From NCBI GenBank assembly GCA_000934665.2, contig KZ537992.1, positions 124,001 to 185,913 of the forward strand: a DNA stretch of 61,913 nucleotides, given 5' to 3'. The notes beneath the pieces are model-generated. The model did no database searches. It was not told where the DNA came from and worked only from the letters and a program-made list of their open reading frames with translations. This DNA is from Catajapyx aquilonaris (lineage: Eukaryota). The first letter of the stretch is position 1. The number at the start of each line of letters is the position of its first letter. Of the stretch, positions 21,826 through 34,226 are shown in pieces. The translations under genes and the position numbers were made by a program.

Positions 21826-22989
21826 ATAATATAGTAGCACCCAAGTGCCACTATTAGATTACCCGCATCCTGCAATACTCGTACTACGTGGTGGGGGGCT
21901 ATCAGAAATATTTATGCGGAGTAACTCGTCCAAATGCTGAGTAATATTGTGTGCGTTACAATATATCACCGGATCGGAGGAGTAACCGCCCCGTGAATTT
22001 CCAAGCTCGGCTGAATCTGCAAGGAAAATTATTATGCAAACGAATCTCTGGGATGGGCCGACAGTGAATTTAGCGAAAACTGGGGGGGTAGGTTACATAT
22101 AGTGAGAGGTGGGATTTTTTTTTGGCTGTTGCAAAACTATATGCAGACACATAATATACAACGGATTTAGTGCGTTGGTTTGGCATACATGGCCTCTTTT
22201 TAGTCGTAGGTGAAGCCAAATCCAATTACACGGAGCATCCATTGGAGAGACTGTCCTGTATTGTGTGGTGACAAATGAAGCGAGTTTTTTTTTTGTCCAG
22301 GGGGGATGCTTTCAACCTGTTCTCTCTACGAGGACTGTCAAATCGTTCTTTTTTTTGAAGTGATTCAGGAAACATCCGGCTTTACGTAATGTCAATGAGT
22401 GTGAACCTGAAGATGATTACAGTGTGCGTGGTGTAGCAGTGTTGAACAGTGCTGAAAAAAGTGTCAGTTTGCATAGTTTTTGGAGGACATTAAGGGAGAG
22501 GAAAAAATGGCGAAAACTTATCACTGCATGTATAGGAAAGGAATTAAATAATTCAGCAACCAAAAATTGGAGTTTTTGTATATAAGAATGTAGAAATAAT
22601 ATCATTTTAACTTTGGTATTAAATTTATAAGTTTTTTTTTTTGGTGAAAATGTGGGTTGGCCTACCATTGCGGTAATCCCTTCAATATTTTCTGCTGTGA
22701 TGGAATCCAGTCCCTATTCTGCTGGGCATACAGAAATTATTTCTGGAAAGATGACAAATTATGATAATTACAGATTGTACGAGAGAATTCGCTGAAGCAA
22801 AATGCAGCACTGCTTAAGAATGACTCGAAGGTCAAGGTTTGAACTTTTTTTTTCCTCCCATAGACCACTCTTCCTTACTTTAAAAGTCAACAACCTACTA
22901 ATTATGAGAAGGAGTTTGCTGGCTCCTATATTTAAAGGCGAATTATTATGCCAAAACCTTCGGGCACCCTATACTGTCCATGCAGCGCC

Positions 22990-23130
22990 AAATCCCCTCA
23001 ATAGATGGCGCATCTTTCCTCTCTGCACACTGCTGCCACTCTCATGCGAGGGGAAGTGGTACTACATGCACGTTGGTGATGACCCACCTCGGACAGACAG
23101 AATTACAGACTCGAGCCAATTCTATATTTT
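22990..23130 (-). mobile_element. Family H1 fragment (others at ~2495-2615, 27225-27340, 47235-47300)
   Basis: atagatggcgcatc...ctctctg...gtggtactaca...ctcggacagacaga...ctcgagccaatt is shared with 2495-2615; catgcacgttggtgatga is shared with the other H1 copies. Confidence 0.7.
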
Positions 23131-23702
23131 GATCAGCTTAGTGACAAAATCGTGCAGTTTGGACACCTTGTACCTTTTCCCTCTTCATCAGTCTCGTATA
23201 AGACAAATTAATTCGAGCCGCCAGGCCCTACTTGAGATCCGTGTTTCCCAACTCACGTTTATACCTTCCCAAGTCTGCTGTTGCACGTCTTCAGTAGATT
23301 GATTTGCTTTCTTCCTCCTCCTCCTCTCCCTGGGTTCCCCCTTTCCTTCCTTCCTCCCAACCCCTCCCCCCCTCTAACTCCCATGCAGCTCCCTATTTTG
23401 CGTCTTAAATCCGGCAATTACTCTCATTTAAGCCTCTCCATATCTGAAGGTTTTGCTAATGAAACCCGCATGAAGTTTGAGGTATTAAAAGTTACCTGCA
23501 CTTTATGCGGTAATTTCATAGCAAAACGAGGGAATCCGGAATGGGAGGCCGATCATTGAGAGCCAGGAATCCGGGGTAAGCCTCCGGATGCACTGCACCA
23601 TCAGAGAAGCAATACAGTGTGAGTCACAACTTCTCGAGAACACACATATTATGGTGCGGGCATATGTTCAGGTTTGTCTTAGGGGCGTCCAAATGTGTCT
23701 AC

Positions 23703-24250
23703 AGATTTTTTTAAACGAGCACAACCGAGTGCGCACTCACACTCGCGCAGTTCCGTCGTTTTGACAACGTTGCCAGAGTTAACTCCCAGAGAGCCTCGAG
23801 TGAGAGAGTCGCCAACTTGTGACGTCACGTCGTCTCTGATTGGCTGGAGTAATTATGGACCGTTAGCGGTTCCAATGGAGGCAGCCATCTTGCGTTGCTA
23901 CGGAAAGTGCCCGGCTCTGACGTCATGGTCGACTCCGATTGGCTGGAGCAGTACAGGGCTTGTGGCTGCATCCAATCGGAGTCGACCGTGACGTCGAAGC
24001 CAGCCACTATTTCCATAGCAACGCAAGATGGCTGCCTCCATTGGAACCACAAACAGTCCATAATTATTCCAGCCAATCAGAGACGACATGATGTCACACG
24101 TAGTCTCTGAGGTTCGTTTCTGAGCCTTGGAAACGTCTCAAAGGTCCTCCTAAGTGTAGCGTTGGAAATAAGTGCTTACCAGCTATCACTGTTAATGCCA
24201 ACTGTGCGCGGTGCGCGAACTGTGGTGCGCACATGGTAAAAAATTGATGG
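23703..24250. mobile_element. TIR element family M1 (caaccgagtgcgcac ... gtgcgcactcggttg) with nested insertion
   Basis: Shares its ends and internal aagtgtagcgttggaaataagtgc / taatgccaac with 46987-47225 and 59761-60017. Partial copies at ~15815-15890, 49080-49160 and 57220-57280. Confidence 0.75.
23803..24108. mobile_element. Fully palindromic MITE family P1, copy 1
   Basis: Arms of ~130 bp around a short loop (tgacgtcacgtcgtctctgattggctgg...ccagccaatcagagacgacatgatgtca); homologous to 50957-51270. Confidence 0.88.
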
Positions 24251-24918
24251 AAAGTCCTTATACAGGCATGTTTCTTGACATTTCTTGCCAGTACATTTCA
24301 GACTTGTTTTTGTACCAATCTGGATGACTCACCCTGTAGAACCTCCGCTCTCTCTACAACAATAAACCCTGAAAACTCCTCGCGTTAATTACCAGTCGCA
24401 GGCAGTCGACTCCCCGTTTCCTTGTCCCCCGTCTCTTTTATCAGGCCTATAACAATGTGCTGGCGGAGTGGAAAGGGGGGTAGTACGGAGAGTGGGGTGA
24501 TGACGTATGCACACCGCACGTACGACACAGGATGCAGTCGCGGGGAAGTAAAACGACGTTTATGCCACAAGGCGCCGCGACGATGAAAGATATCTGCTGG
24601 TGCTGCTGGTGCTGCTGCACTCGACTGGATGAAATGGGACGGAAAATCAAAAGGTGTTCTGCCGCAGTAGTTGGTATAGGCCTTTTATAGGCTTCTGTCG
24701 GGAGGCGAAAAAGCAGAAACCGAGCAGCCTCTGGCTTGATTGACTCGTGGTTCTGATACTGCTGCAGCCACCACACGACGAAGATTGGGGGTGTTGCACC
24801 ACTGCAGGTGTATGCGGCCAAGTTGCTACATTAAATGTTTGGAACAAATGCAGTGCCGCAGCTGATGGAATCTTGTGGCCAATAGTGCAAATGAGAGCAT
24901 GAAAAATGTACATTAAAT

Positions 24919-25144
24919 GGCTGATCTATAGTTTGTCCGCACCGGGCGGGGTGGGCTCCCGACATGTTGGCAACGTCGCAACTGACAGGTGTGTTTATAC
25001 CCCTGCCGCGCGAACAGTTCAGGTGCATAAACTGTTCGCGCGGCAGGGGTATCAACACACCTGTCAGTTGCGACGTTGCCAACATGTCGGGAGGCCACCC
25101 CGCCTGCCCAACCCCGCCCGGTGCGGACAAACTATAGATCAGCC
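24919..25144. mobile_element. Near-perfect palindromic MITE
   Basis: ggctgatctatagtttgtccgcaccgggcgggg ... ccccgcccggtgcggacaaactatagatcagcc; inner stem ~60 bp with one mismatch; loop ~12 nt. Confidence 0.88.
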
Positions 25145-25157
25145 TTTACACATTTTA

Positions 25158-25214
<57 letters not shown>

Positions 25215-25268
25215 ATTTTATTACATTTATAGCAAAAACAAACTATAGATCAGCCTTTACACATTTTA

Positions 25269-25337
<69 letters not shown>

Positions 25338-25365
25338 ATTTTATTGCATTTATAGCAAAAACACA
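25127..25365. repeat. Tandem duplication of MITE end plus (TAC)n microsatellite
   Basis: acaaactatagatcagcctttacacattttatac(tac)n attttatt.catttatagcaaaaaca is present twice. Confidence 0.9.
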
Positions 25366-25700
25366 TGGGCATGCTGTAGAAAAATATTTCAAAAGGGGTC
25401 GAGTGTGTCTGATTTGTGGTGACTTTCGCAATTAAAGGAGACAAATTTTTGCAAGCGTACGTGGGGTTGTTCTGCAAAATATTTTTTTTTTGTTCAAAAG
25501 TTGCTGTTGGAGGGAATGGGAAGGTCTGGGGAGAAAGAAAATTCGGCTTCCTCTTCTCGGGTCATTATTTGTAGCGGTTTTGTGGAGAACTAGGGGAAGA
25601 AGTCGAGGGAGAGATAAACAAGTGCTTGATGAAATTAAGACCCGCAGATGTGGATGATTCTGGTGATGAATGGGTTTAATTCATTATGTCAGAAGAGGAA

Positions 25701-25722
25701 NNNNNNNNNNNNNNNNNNNNNN
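25701..25722. other. Assembly gap (22 N)
   Basis: Direct reading; it abuts a G run. Confidence 0.99.
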
Positions 25723-27366
25723 GGGGGGGGGGGAATGAAAAGCCTGGGTTTTTTTCCTATAGAAGGGGGGAGATGGGAAGAAATTAGAGGCACATGACAA
25801 ACTTTTTATTTCTTGATGAGATTAGTCATCAACAGATTAGGCTTCATTATGCACTCATCATTTTCTAGAAACCAGTTTGTTTGAGGAATTTTCTTCAGTT
25901 AGAACACCCTGTGCTTTTGATACCCTGTACTTTCCATGGTCTTTCCACCAACCAGTGTGTGTTTTGTACTATCTTTATCCCCTCGGGAGACGAGTTGATT
26001 ACTATGAGATTACTGCTGCACACCTTCTTGCGAAACTGGTTTCTCCCCCTCAAGACGTGTCCTTCCCCCTTTTTTTCCGCAAATATGGAGGAAGATACGA
26101 GCTCTGAAAAATATGTGGATATTTTGGGGTTGTTTCAAGCTAGTTTTATAGTCCTTCTCTCCGAAAATGGGGAGCTGGGTGTGAGAGAAGGAATGTTGGC
26201 CCATTCCAGAGGCTGCTGCAAGATTCTTATTCTCATGAGAGCTTTGTTATTGTTGCTATATAGCAAGAATCAACCTTCCTAGTCTCCTTTTTTTGCTTTT
26301 TTGGAGCTTTAGGTTTTGCCAAGACCGCTAATGGTCGTGTCAGGAGTCTTCATCTGAGCCTTTTCTGGGGGGAAGGCCCGGAAAATTCCCCGTGATCTCT
26401 CGAGAGACGCCTCCTGCTTGATTGTAAATCCGGGCAACTAGACACTGGGGCTGGAAAATTGCTTTCGGTCCGGGCAGATTTGCAGGGAGATTAAGTCCAA
26501 CTTGTTAACCAGCAGCCATGCTTTCCAGGCTCTATTAAGATATTTTTTTTGGGGGAGCTATACGTTTTTTTCAGTTTTAATTATTTTTGGGGAGAACAAA
26601 CTGTGCATATGGAGAGATAATCACTAACTATTTTTTTTAAACAGTCACAGAGCATATGATGTCTACATCACTGGCATGGCATCAGGTTATTACAAAGAGG
26701 CTTTAGAAAAAAGTGTGCGCAAGAAGCTAATTAGCGAGCTTCCTGGAGAGATGGATTCCATCCCGGAAGATACGCTTTCTGTTGTAGTCAAAGTCATTCT
26801 CGCTTCAAGTAACAAAAATATCCGGAATTTTAAGCCCCTTTAGCGTGGTATACGGAAGAGGGGGCAGGTCACGTAACACCCATTTATTAACTAGAAGTCT
26901 CAAGAGGAATTTTGTGCTAGAGCCTCTTAAAACTACAGCCTTCAATAAGATGAGCCTGTTACACGTAACGTTGACTTTTAAGGCAATTATTTATCACCTT
27001 AGTGTGCCCTATATCTGACAGGCGCTTGCTTCTGAAACAGTATAGGTAATGATGCAATTCTGCACACACACTGGTGTAAAGAATGCAATATTTGCACCAT
27101 ATGACGATTATTATTACTAGTGAACCAGATGCCAAAATTTTTGCAAAATCTGTAATCAGTATGACAAGCACAATTAAACAACTTTAATGGGATGTCCCAC
27201 CGATTTACCACGTTGTACTATTCGTCAAGCGTAGATGGCGCAGACCCCGTCTGCACACTCCTTCCACCTTCAGGTCGTGTGAGAGATAGTGGAACTATCA
27301 GGTCGGGCAAACATCCGACGGAGAGAATAAGCCTTTTAGGAGAATGACGACGACTACGGCGGCGAC

Positions 27367-27451
<85 letters not shown>
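27367..27451. repeat. (TAT)n microsatellite
   Basis: Direct reading. Confidence 0.97.
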
Positions 27452-27452
<1 letters not shown>

Positions 27453-28785
27453 GCTCAAAACGGCCTGCAGGGGGGTCACAACTGCATGCTGTGAATTGGA
27501 CCGAAAAAGCACATAACAACAGGAGTATTATTTGCCAACTGTCACATTCTAAGCGTGACACGTGTTTCAGCCATTTTTAGCATTAAAAATCGGGTTTTCT
27601 ACAATTCTTTTTTTAAAAAAAAGCTGGCAAGAAGAGTCATTTTTTCCTCTCTCTCTCACACAAAAAAAGGGAGATCCAGTTAGCGTGTTTATGACATGAG
27701 GCAATGTTCATTACTGATGCAAGTCGTGCTCTTGATGCTGTGGCAGCCGAAGCCTTTGGTTTTTTTTGCATGTGTACCGCGAGGGCTCCTCTCATCCGTG
27801 AAGTAACGAAGAGTACGTGTAGAGCATTGTGGGCTAGGTAAGTATGGGATAGAGAAGTGGCTGGGAAGGCAGAACCAGGCGGAGAAAGAAACGGTATCCG
27901 CACAGAAAACAATAGGAACCAAGGACTTTTGTTCTTCATCCCACACACGATCACTTCCTCGTTTCTTTCCATATATAAAAAAGGCTGTCTGCATTCCGTT
28001 TGAACTGTTTCTTCGTTGGGTCCCGCTCCATTTCCTTCTTTCTTTGCAGTTGTGCTGGCAGAGATTGACCTACTGGTTTTAATTGTGGAAATCGACACTT
28101 TGGTTGACTCGGTGTGGTTTATTCTGAAGTCAGGGTGTGCCAACTCTTTGGTATCCACCCTAGAAACGCCCTAATTTCAATACGAATTGTGACTCAACTT
28201 GATGCTGGGAGAAAGTTATGATGTATAACATGTATGTGAGTACCAGTAGTCTGACCGGAAATTACGAAGAAAATGTGCAGGAATCGCAATATCTTAATTG
28301 GGTCATAAGATCGGGTGTATGAAAAAAAAATTGAGACAATCTGACATAATTTGAGATTCCCATCTTAATTAGCGTTGATAAAACCTACCCGATTCGTAAT
28401 GGCATCTAGGCCAACCCGCAATTAATTACCAGAGATTATGTTGCGTGAAATGCGATATCCTGGGACATCTTATCTTGGACTTGGGCATATAGGTAAAGGA
28501 CAATGCTGCAATTACGCATCCTTGCTGATATACAGCTTGAGAATGAGGGCTGCAGCTCAAAGGACAACATCGCGTGCAATTGTCAAGGGTACCTACTTGA
28601 CGGAATGAACAACATGCCATTGTTTTGCCTGTTATGTCATTAACTTTTGTTTCACGATGATGCACATGAAGTCGCACACTTGAATTGGAGACATGTTATC
28701 TCTGTATAGAAGGACTATTTCAATGCCGACAACCAAACTCTGTAATCAAAATGCTACAAAAAAAAGCATCACAACTATAGCTGCG

Positions 28786-28845
28786 GGGGTGGCAGGAGTC
28801 GGAATGTGCCATTAGGCCACGCCCTCTTTGCCCCGCCAATTTTTA
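28786..28845 (+). repeat. Dispersed repeat fragment, second copy at ~51345-51405
   Basis: ggcaggagtc.gaatg..cc.ttaggccac.ccc.cttt...ccgccaattt in both copies. Confidence 0.65.
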
Positions 28846-29090
28846 AATTATCGAGGAATGACATTTTGGCGCTGAAAATGCGTGTGTACAAGGCTTTCAA
28901 AGTCATAGGACCATATTGGGTCAAAGCCTACTGCCTTTCAACCTAATTAGACACAGTGCTGAAACCAATAAGACATCCTGTACAGCTAATAATTGCGACA
29001 TGCTTGCTCTACCGCAGTCGTATTATGTGACTAGTACTATAGTACTTATAGTCAGCAGCAACCGGTTGAAACCCTAAGTCGTTTTGAAGG

Positions 29091-29091
<1 letters not shown>

Positions 29092-29152
<61 letters not shown>
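29092..29152. repeat. (CT)n microsatellite
   Basis: Direct reading. Confidence 0.97.
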
Positions 29153-29154
<2 letters not shown>

Positions 29155-29694
29155 CCCCTAGAAATTACGGAGCTCCGGAAGTTATTTCGTAAACTTGTAT
29201 TCATGTTTCCTACTAATGTTACAAAGCACCTATGTGGCTGCAGGCCCCGGTTTATTCACAATTTATGCAATTAGCGCTGTTTGTGGCGGAAGCTGAGTCC
29301 TTTGAGGCCTACCCCTGCTGCTGGCTCCGGCTTTAAATGGGCAGCCCCGAATCAAGACCGCCGAAAGGAGGAGGAGGGAGGTCGTGCAAGAGGAACCTAA
29401 GGGCACCTGCTAAGTGCCTTAATTGGCCCGGATTCTAGGCACGACCCCTAAGCCTTTTACACCCATCTCCACCCCCCTACCCCCACCCCCCTACTCATCT
29501 CACTGCCTCTTAAGGGGGGGGGGGGCATCCCTGGAGTGCAAACTTGCAAGCAGGCCCTCCGGAATGGGAGGCCCTGATGATGCCACCCGTACGACACACC
29601 TGTCTATGGGACCCATTTGCACCTCACCTGTTGACCCCACAGTGGCCACGTGACGGATATAATACTGTCTCTATATGGCTTTGTTTGGCCCTCA

Positions 29695-29881
29695 ACCTCC
29701 AAGGATAGGGAAGGAAGGAAGCGGCTGTGGCCTATTATACGGAAGCAACCCCAGAATTATCCTAGAAAGACCGTGGAAAACCACAGACAACCACGGTCAA
29801 GGTTGCCGGCCCCGGGATTCGAACCCAGGACCTCCCGATTAGCAGTCGGACGCCTTATCCACTATGCCAACCTGCTTCGGT
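29695..29881 (-). mobile_element. tRNA-derived SINE, copy 3
   Basis: A box TGGCATAGTGG, B box GGTTCGAATCCC, same anticodon arm and body as copies 1 and 2. Confidence 0.85.
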
Positions 29882-29900
29882 TGTAAAACACAATCATATA

Positions 29901-30205
29901 CAGTGGTGTTTCAACTTTTTTTGTTCGAACAGTTATCGGAAAATTGACGTAGCTGCTACTTTGTAAGCAGTGACTTGCAACCGGTGATTTGTCGGAGGAA
30001 TGGGGAATGGGGAAAAAAGAGGGTCACACATCCCATGGCTTGACCCTCGATTTTCAGCGGGGTATGCCACTTCAACCTACGATTCGCAGGGAATATTCCC
30101 CGTTCCTCTGAAAAATCGCCGTTATTTGAAAGTCACTGCTTACAAAGCAGCAGCTACGTGCAATTTTCCGATAACTGTTCGGACAAAAAAAGTTGAAACA
30201 CACTG
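29901..30205. mobile_element. Tc1/mariner-type MITE with long TIRs
   Basis: TA|CAGTGGTGTTTCAACTTTTTTTGTTCGAACAGTTATCGGAAAATTG ... CAATTTTCCGATAACTGTTCGGACAAAAAAAGTTGAAACACACTG|TA. Confidence 0.87.
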
Positions 30206-30477
30206 TATTTTGGTTTCATTTCGTATGTAATTTTTATGCATTTTTTTGAAATTAAAATTGCAATGAAAAATGTGTGCCAGGCCCAGCTAATTACAGTAGC
30301 TTGTGTACTTCATCTGCATAAGGTACCCGACAAATATTTACCAAGTTTACAAGCGTGAGATTGACTACAAGAGGAAAGGCATTACATTAACATAATTATT
30401 GACGTATAACTTTAACTAAAATGTTCTCGACGCTGTGATGTTTTATCCCAACCGTTGTTTTGCAGTAGTTGTTGTCG

Positions 30478-31030
30478 ACCTGCCCGGATTCTAATTAATT
30501 CTAATTAATTAACGTGATTGTTGCAGTAGTTGCTGATATTGGATTGTCACAGTGTGATTCAACCGAAATGTCAAGTTGCATCATAATTTTTAGCCGCACT
30601 AACATGCATAATATATATTATAAAGCAAATTTTTTTCGAGGTTGTCTAATGGCTTACCAATATGTGTAACTGTATGTGAAGGGTCATCAGTGGCTCGACC
30701 ATCACCTCCAAAGTTTCTGCATTTCAGTAAATGCAAGCCAGTTCCGAGTATGAATGTGGCTTCTCCTTCCACAGAATTTCCGCCTTTAATATAACCGAGT
30801 GCTTGCTGTAATTATGCAGAAACGCGCACTAAGTGAAGTCGCCGTGATTCAACCCACGAATATTTTTACAAGCTCTTGGTGTTTCCAATTCAAAAGGGAC
30901 CCCCTCCAAGCAAACTTGACCATTTACATAATCACCCATCCCGTCACCTAACAATAACAATGCTGCAAATTGTGGGTATATAAGATCTCAACCTGAAGTT
31001 AGAATTAATTAAATTAGAATCCGGGCAGGT
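30478..31030. mobile_element. ~550-bp element bounded by ~30-bp TIRs
   Basis: acctgcccggattctaatt... / ...aattagaatccgggcaggt (19 bp perfect, with an imperfect extension). Confidence 0.6.
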
Positions 31031-31750
31031 TTTGGGCAGTTATTACGAATCACCCTGTATTATGGTTCACTGGTAGAAGACCGAGGCAATGGTTCATTGG
31101 ACACACCCTCTCGTCCTCCTCCTTGGGTTCCAATGGGTACTTAGGAACCTTTGCCCGTAATTGCACCGTCTGAGCAGCCATTCCCCCGGAATCGCCCAAA
31201 GTGACAAGGCCCGGAGTTACAACGCGTTCCGGGAGACTTGGAAGTGATGGGGTCACTCTCACTCAAGCTTTTCCGGTCCGGATGAGCACTACTCTTAGTA
31301 GAAGAGGATGGGGGTTGTTCCGGACAAGGGGAAATGCGAGTCGACGTGCCTCCGGAATGAGGGAACCTGTGGGGGGGCAACCTCCAAGAAATTAATGTCA
31401 CCTGGGTGACGGCCGTCTGATCTCATCACCACTGTCTGAATAGGGAAGGTTATGACACGAAGCAAGGAAGGAAGCTAGTTAAGAAAAAAAAGAAGGTCTA
31501 AGATCTTCGCAATTTCATCCCGGTAATCCGGCCAATTTGCATGAAAAGATTAGTCTATAATGATGAATAATTCAACGTACCTGGATTTTTTTGGGGGGAG
31601 GAGAAATATATACGGAAAAAGGGGTGGGGGGAGGCATGAATAATTCAATTGGGGCAGGTTTAATAAAGCGCGGGAGTCTGCACTGTTAGAAATTCAATAC
31701 GAGGGAAAGGTGAAGCAACAGTTTCAATCCAGATAAAATTCTGGGTGGGA

Positions 31751-31858
31751 CAGTGTTGGACATTACTGGTGGCGCCACGATCAGTTGGCGGCAAAAGAGC
31801 GATTCGATTCGCTCTTTTTCGGATCGTGGCGCCACCAATACGACACCATTAATGCCCA
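31751..31858. mobile_element. Internally deleted palindromic MITE, family P3
   Basis: tggtggcgccacgatc...aaaagagcgattcgattcgctctttt...gatcgtggcgccacca; homologous to 57989-58182. Confidence 0.75.
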
Positions 31859-33394
31859 GTATGTACTCGTAGTCGCAGTTTGTTAAAAAAAACTGCAATT
31901 CTATGAAGAAATGTGCGTGATGTACAATGTGAAAGTCAACCTTTAACATATTCATGTGACTGAATGCATTAACATGTTATAACAAATAATATTATCCACG
32001 GTGATTAATTATTCAAATGGTTGTCTGATAAATTCGTTAGTCCAATATTTGGGCAGGCGTTAATCAAAAAAATAATTTTAAAAACTAATGGGAATTGAAT
32101 CAACATCACGTGCGAGTACCCCGCACAGCAAGCTATTTTTACGTTATTTTTTTGTTATATTTTACATATTTAAAAAAAGCAGTTTCGACCTAATTACAGT
32201 ACTTGTTGCGCGACTTGTTGGCACAATTTCCATTTTTTTTGTACATATTAATAGTTTTTAAAAAAACACGGTGAAAAATTTGTGTGTGATTCAATCACCT
32301 GATTTTAATAGCAGCATTATGCATATTGAGTACGGTGCATTGCATTTTGCAATTTTTTAAAAGTCAGCCACTGTAATATTACTGATGTTCGAAGGTTTAA
32401 AAAAAAACACTGCTCGATGCAAAAAAAAATAATTAACGAAACAATTACCTTATTTTACACCGTTGCCTGAAATTTATTGTTCCATCAAATTTGTTGAGGC
32501 ATAAACCCAGCTCTAGTTATGATTACCCGCCATATACAAGCCGAATATACGGAAGTGGAAGAAATGTAATTCCTCAGATTGGGTACTTGGCGAGATATGG
32601 GCCTCCCCCCCCCCCCCCCCCTTTCACTTCCATTCCGGTGTCCCCAAAGTCCGGATTATTTGACATGAGATACTACACCCACAATTTCTGGAGACAAGAA
32701 GCAACAGTCATCCGAGCCAACCGGAGCCTGCGGACCTCATAAGTGAGAATCAGATTTATAGATTTAATAAGAAGTGTTAGCAGCACGTAATGGAAGGGTA
32801 GGAAAGGGGGGGGGGGGAGGGGAAGTGGGGTTAATTTCCAACAGGCGATTGGAAAAATGACCCTTGCAGTTGTCACCTCAGAAAGAAAAAAAGGGGGGGG
32901 GGGTCTGGGAGTATATCTGGGTGACTTTTCTCCAAGAGCCGAATCAGCACTGGCGTCTTGTATAGCTGTAAAAAAAAAAATTCGCGGTGGAAAAAAAAGG
33001 ATGAAATCTATGGCATTACTCCAAAAGTGGGGTGGTGGGTTAGGAAGGAAGGAAAAGATTCGTCCCTGGAACAAACCAGCATTTTTGCGGAGACCATCAC
33101 GCTTACAAAACAAAAGAGAAATCCTCTAAAAATGGAAATATCAGGCGCCTCCTGGATTCTCCTTCCGGTGGCTGGACTTTTTTTTTTTTGCTCGATCTTC
33201 ATCTTATTCTTTTTTTCCTTTTCCTGGAAATCTACTGGAGTCATGTATGGCGCATTTGCGGAGATTTTCCAGCAGTCGTTTGCTTGCAAGTAAAGAAGGA
33301 AAAAAAAATGCGGGGTTTGTTAGCATATAAGCATCCAAAGTGCAGCAATATTTCACGAGGTTCTGGTACAATTCAAATGGCATGATATTTTTTT

Positions 33395-33747
33395 AAAAAC
33401 AAGACTGGCAAAGCGTGATTCGAGTAGACTTTTTCTCATTGGGCAGCGGGAAGTGAGGCAGAGAAACCCGATACGATACGACGCGATGCTAATTGGACAA
33501 CAATGGCATTAGGAAACCAATAAGGAACAATTTATACTGTTACCCGTCTGTAGAGTTGTCCTTGGCGGATATATAGTGAACCCGGAAAACCGGAAGTGGC
33601 ATGTCACAGGAAGTTGGCAATAAAACCTATTTTGGTTACACTTAATACGAATCCGGAAACCGTTTGTCGCTATCTCCTTCGGTTTAGGCCCTGATACCTG
33701 TCCACATACACACGGACAGACAGACAGACCGAATATCTTTGTAATAC
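33395..33747 (+). mobile_element. DINE-1/Helentron-like non-autonomous element, family H2
   Basis: aaacaaga...gcgtgattcgagtaga end, (GATAC)n and (GACA)n microsatellite blocks. Inverted homologues at 39890-40190 and 52888-53420. Confidence 0.6.
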
Positions 33748-33812
33748 TTTTTTTTTTTTCGATGAGATCAAGTCTAAAAATGGGAGCAGTCATTATTGAA
33801 CAATATTATTTT

Positions 33813-34226
33813 GGGACACTCCACTCAAAAAACAAGCTTCGCTCTAAAAATCGGGCAAAAAAATCCTGAATCCGAAGGTGCAATCCGTTTTTCGCTACGC
33901 GGAACGGTAATCCCAGGGAAAGGGGTCAAAGTGGGGAAATTCAAATAGTGCGCCAGAAGCTGGCCGTCCGCCAGCGACGCCCTCGGGATCTTGGGAACTG
34001 GAGGGCTGCTCCCGCCTGACCGCGCGCTTATAGGCCCATCCCAGAGCGGTGCAGCCCTCCAGTTCCCCTGTTCTCCGAGTGGAGGCGCCGCTCATTAGCA
34101 GACGACACACTTTGACCCCTCGCCCTGGGATTACCGTTCCGCGTAGCGAAAAACGGATTGCACCGTCGGATTCAGGATTTTTTGCCCAATTTTTAGAGCC
34201 AACTTGTTTTTTGAGTGGAGTGTCCC
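33813..34226. mobile_element. MITE with ~120-bp TIRs (Kolobok-like GGGACACT...AGTGTCCC-TTTAA ends, tentative)
   Basis: gggacactccactcaaaaaacaag...ggggtcaaagtg / cactttgacccc...cttgttttttgagtggagtgtccc; a perfect inner 17-bp stem at 33993-34009 / 34051-34067. Confidence 0.87.

Noticed and set aside
29800..29881. tRNA-Ser(GCT) gene (also ~1545-1625 and ~8300-8379)
   Set aside because: The acceptor stem does not pair, there is no long variable arm, and each copy continues into a shared non-tRNA body. These are SINE heads.
31050..31420. GC-richer segment with overlapping short ORFs, possible retroelement fragment
   Set aside because: No RT, endonuclease or gag motif is recognisable and there is no second copy in the window.
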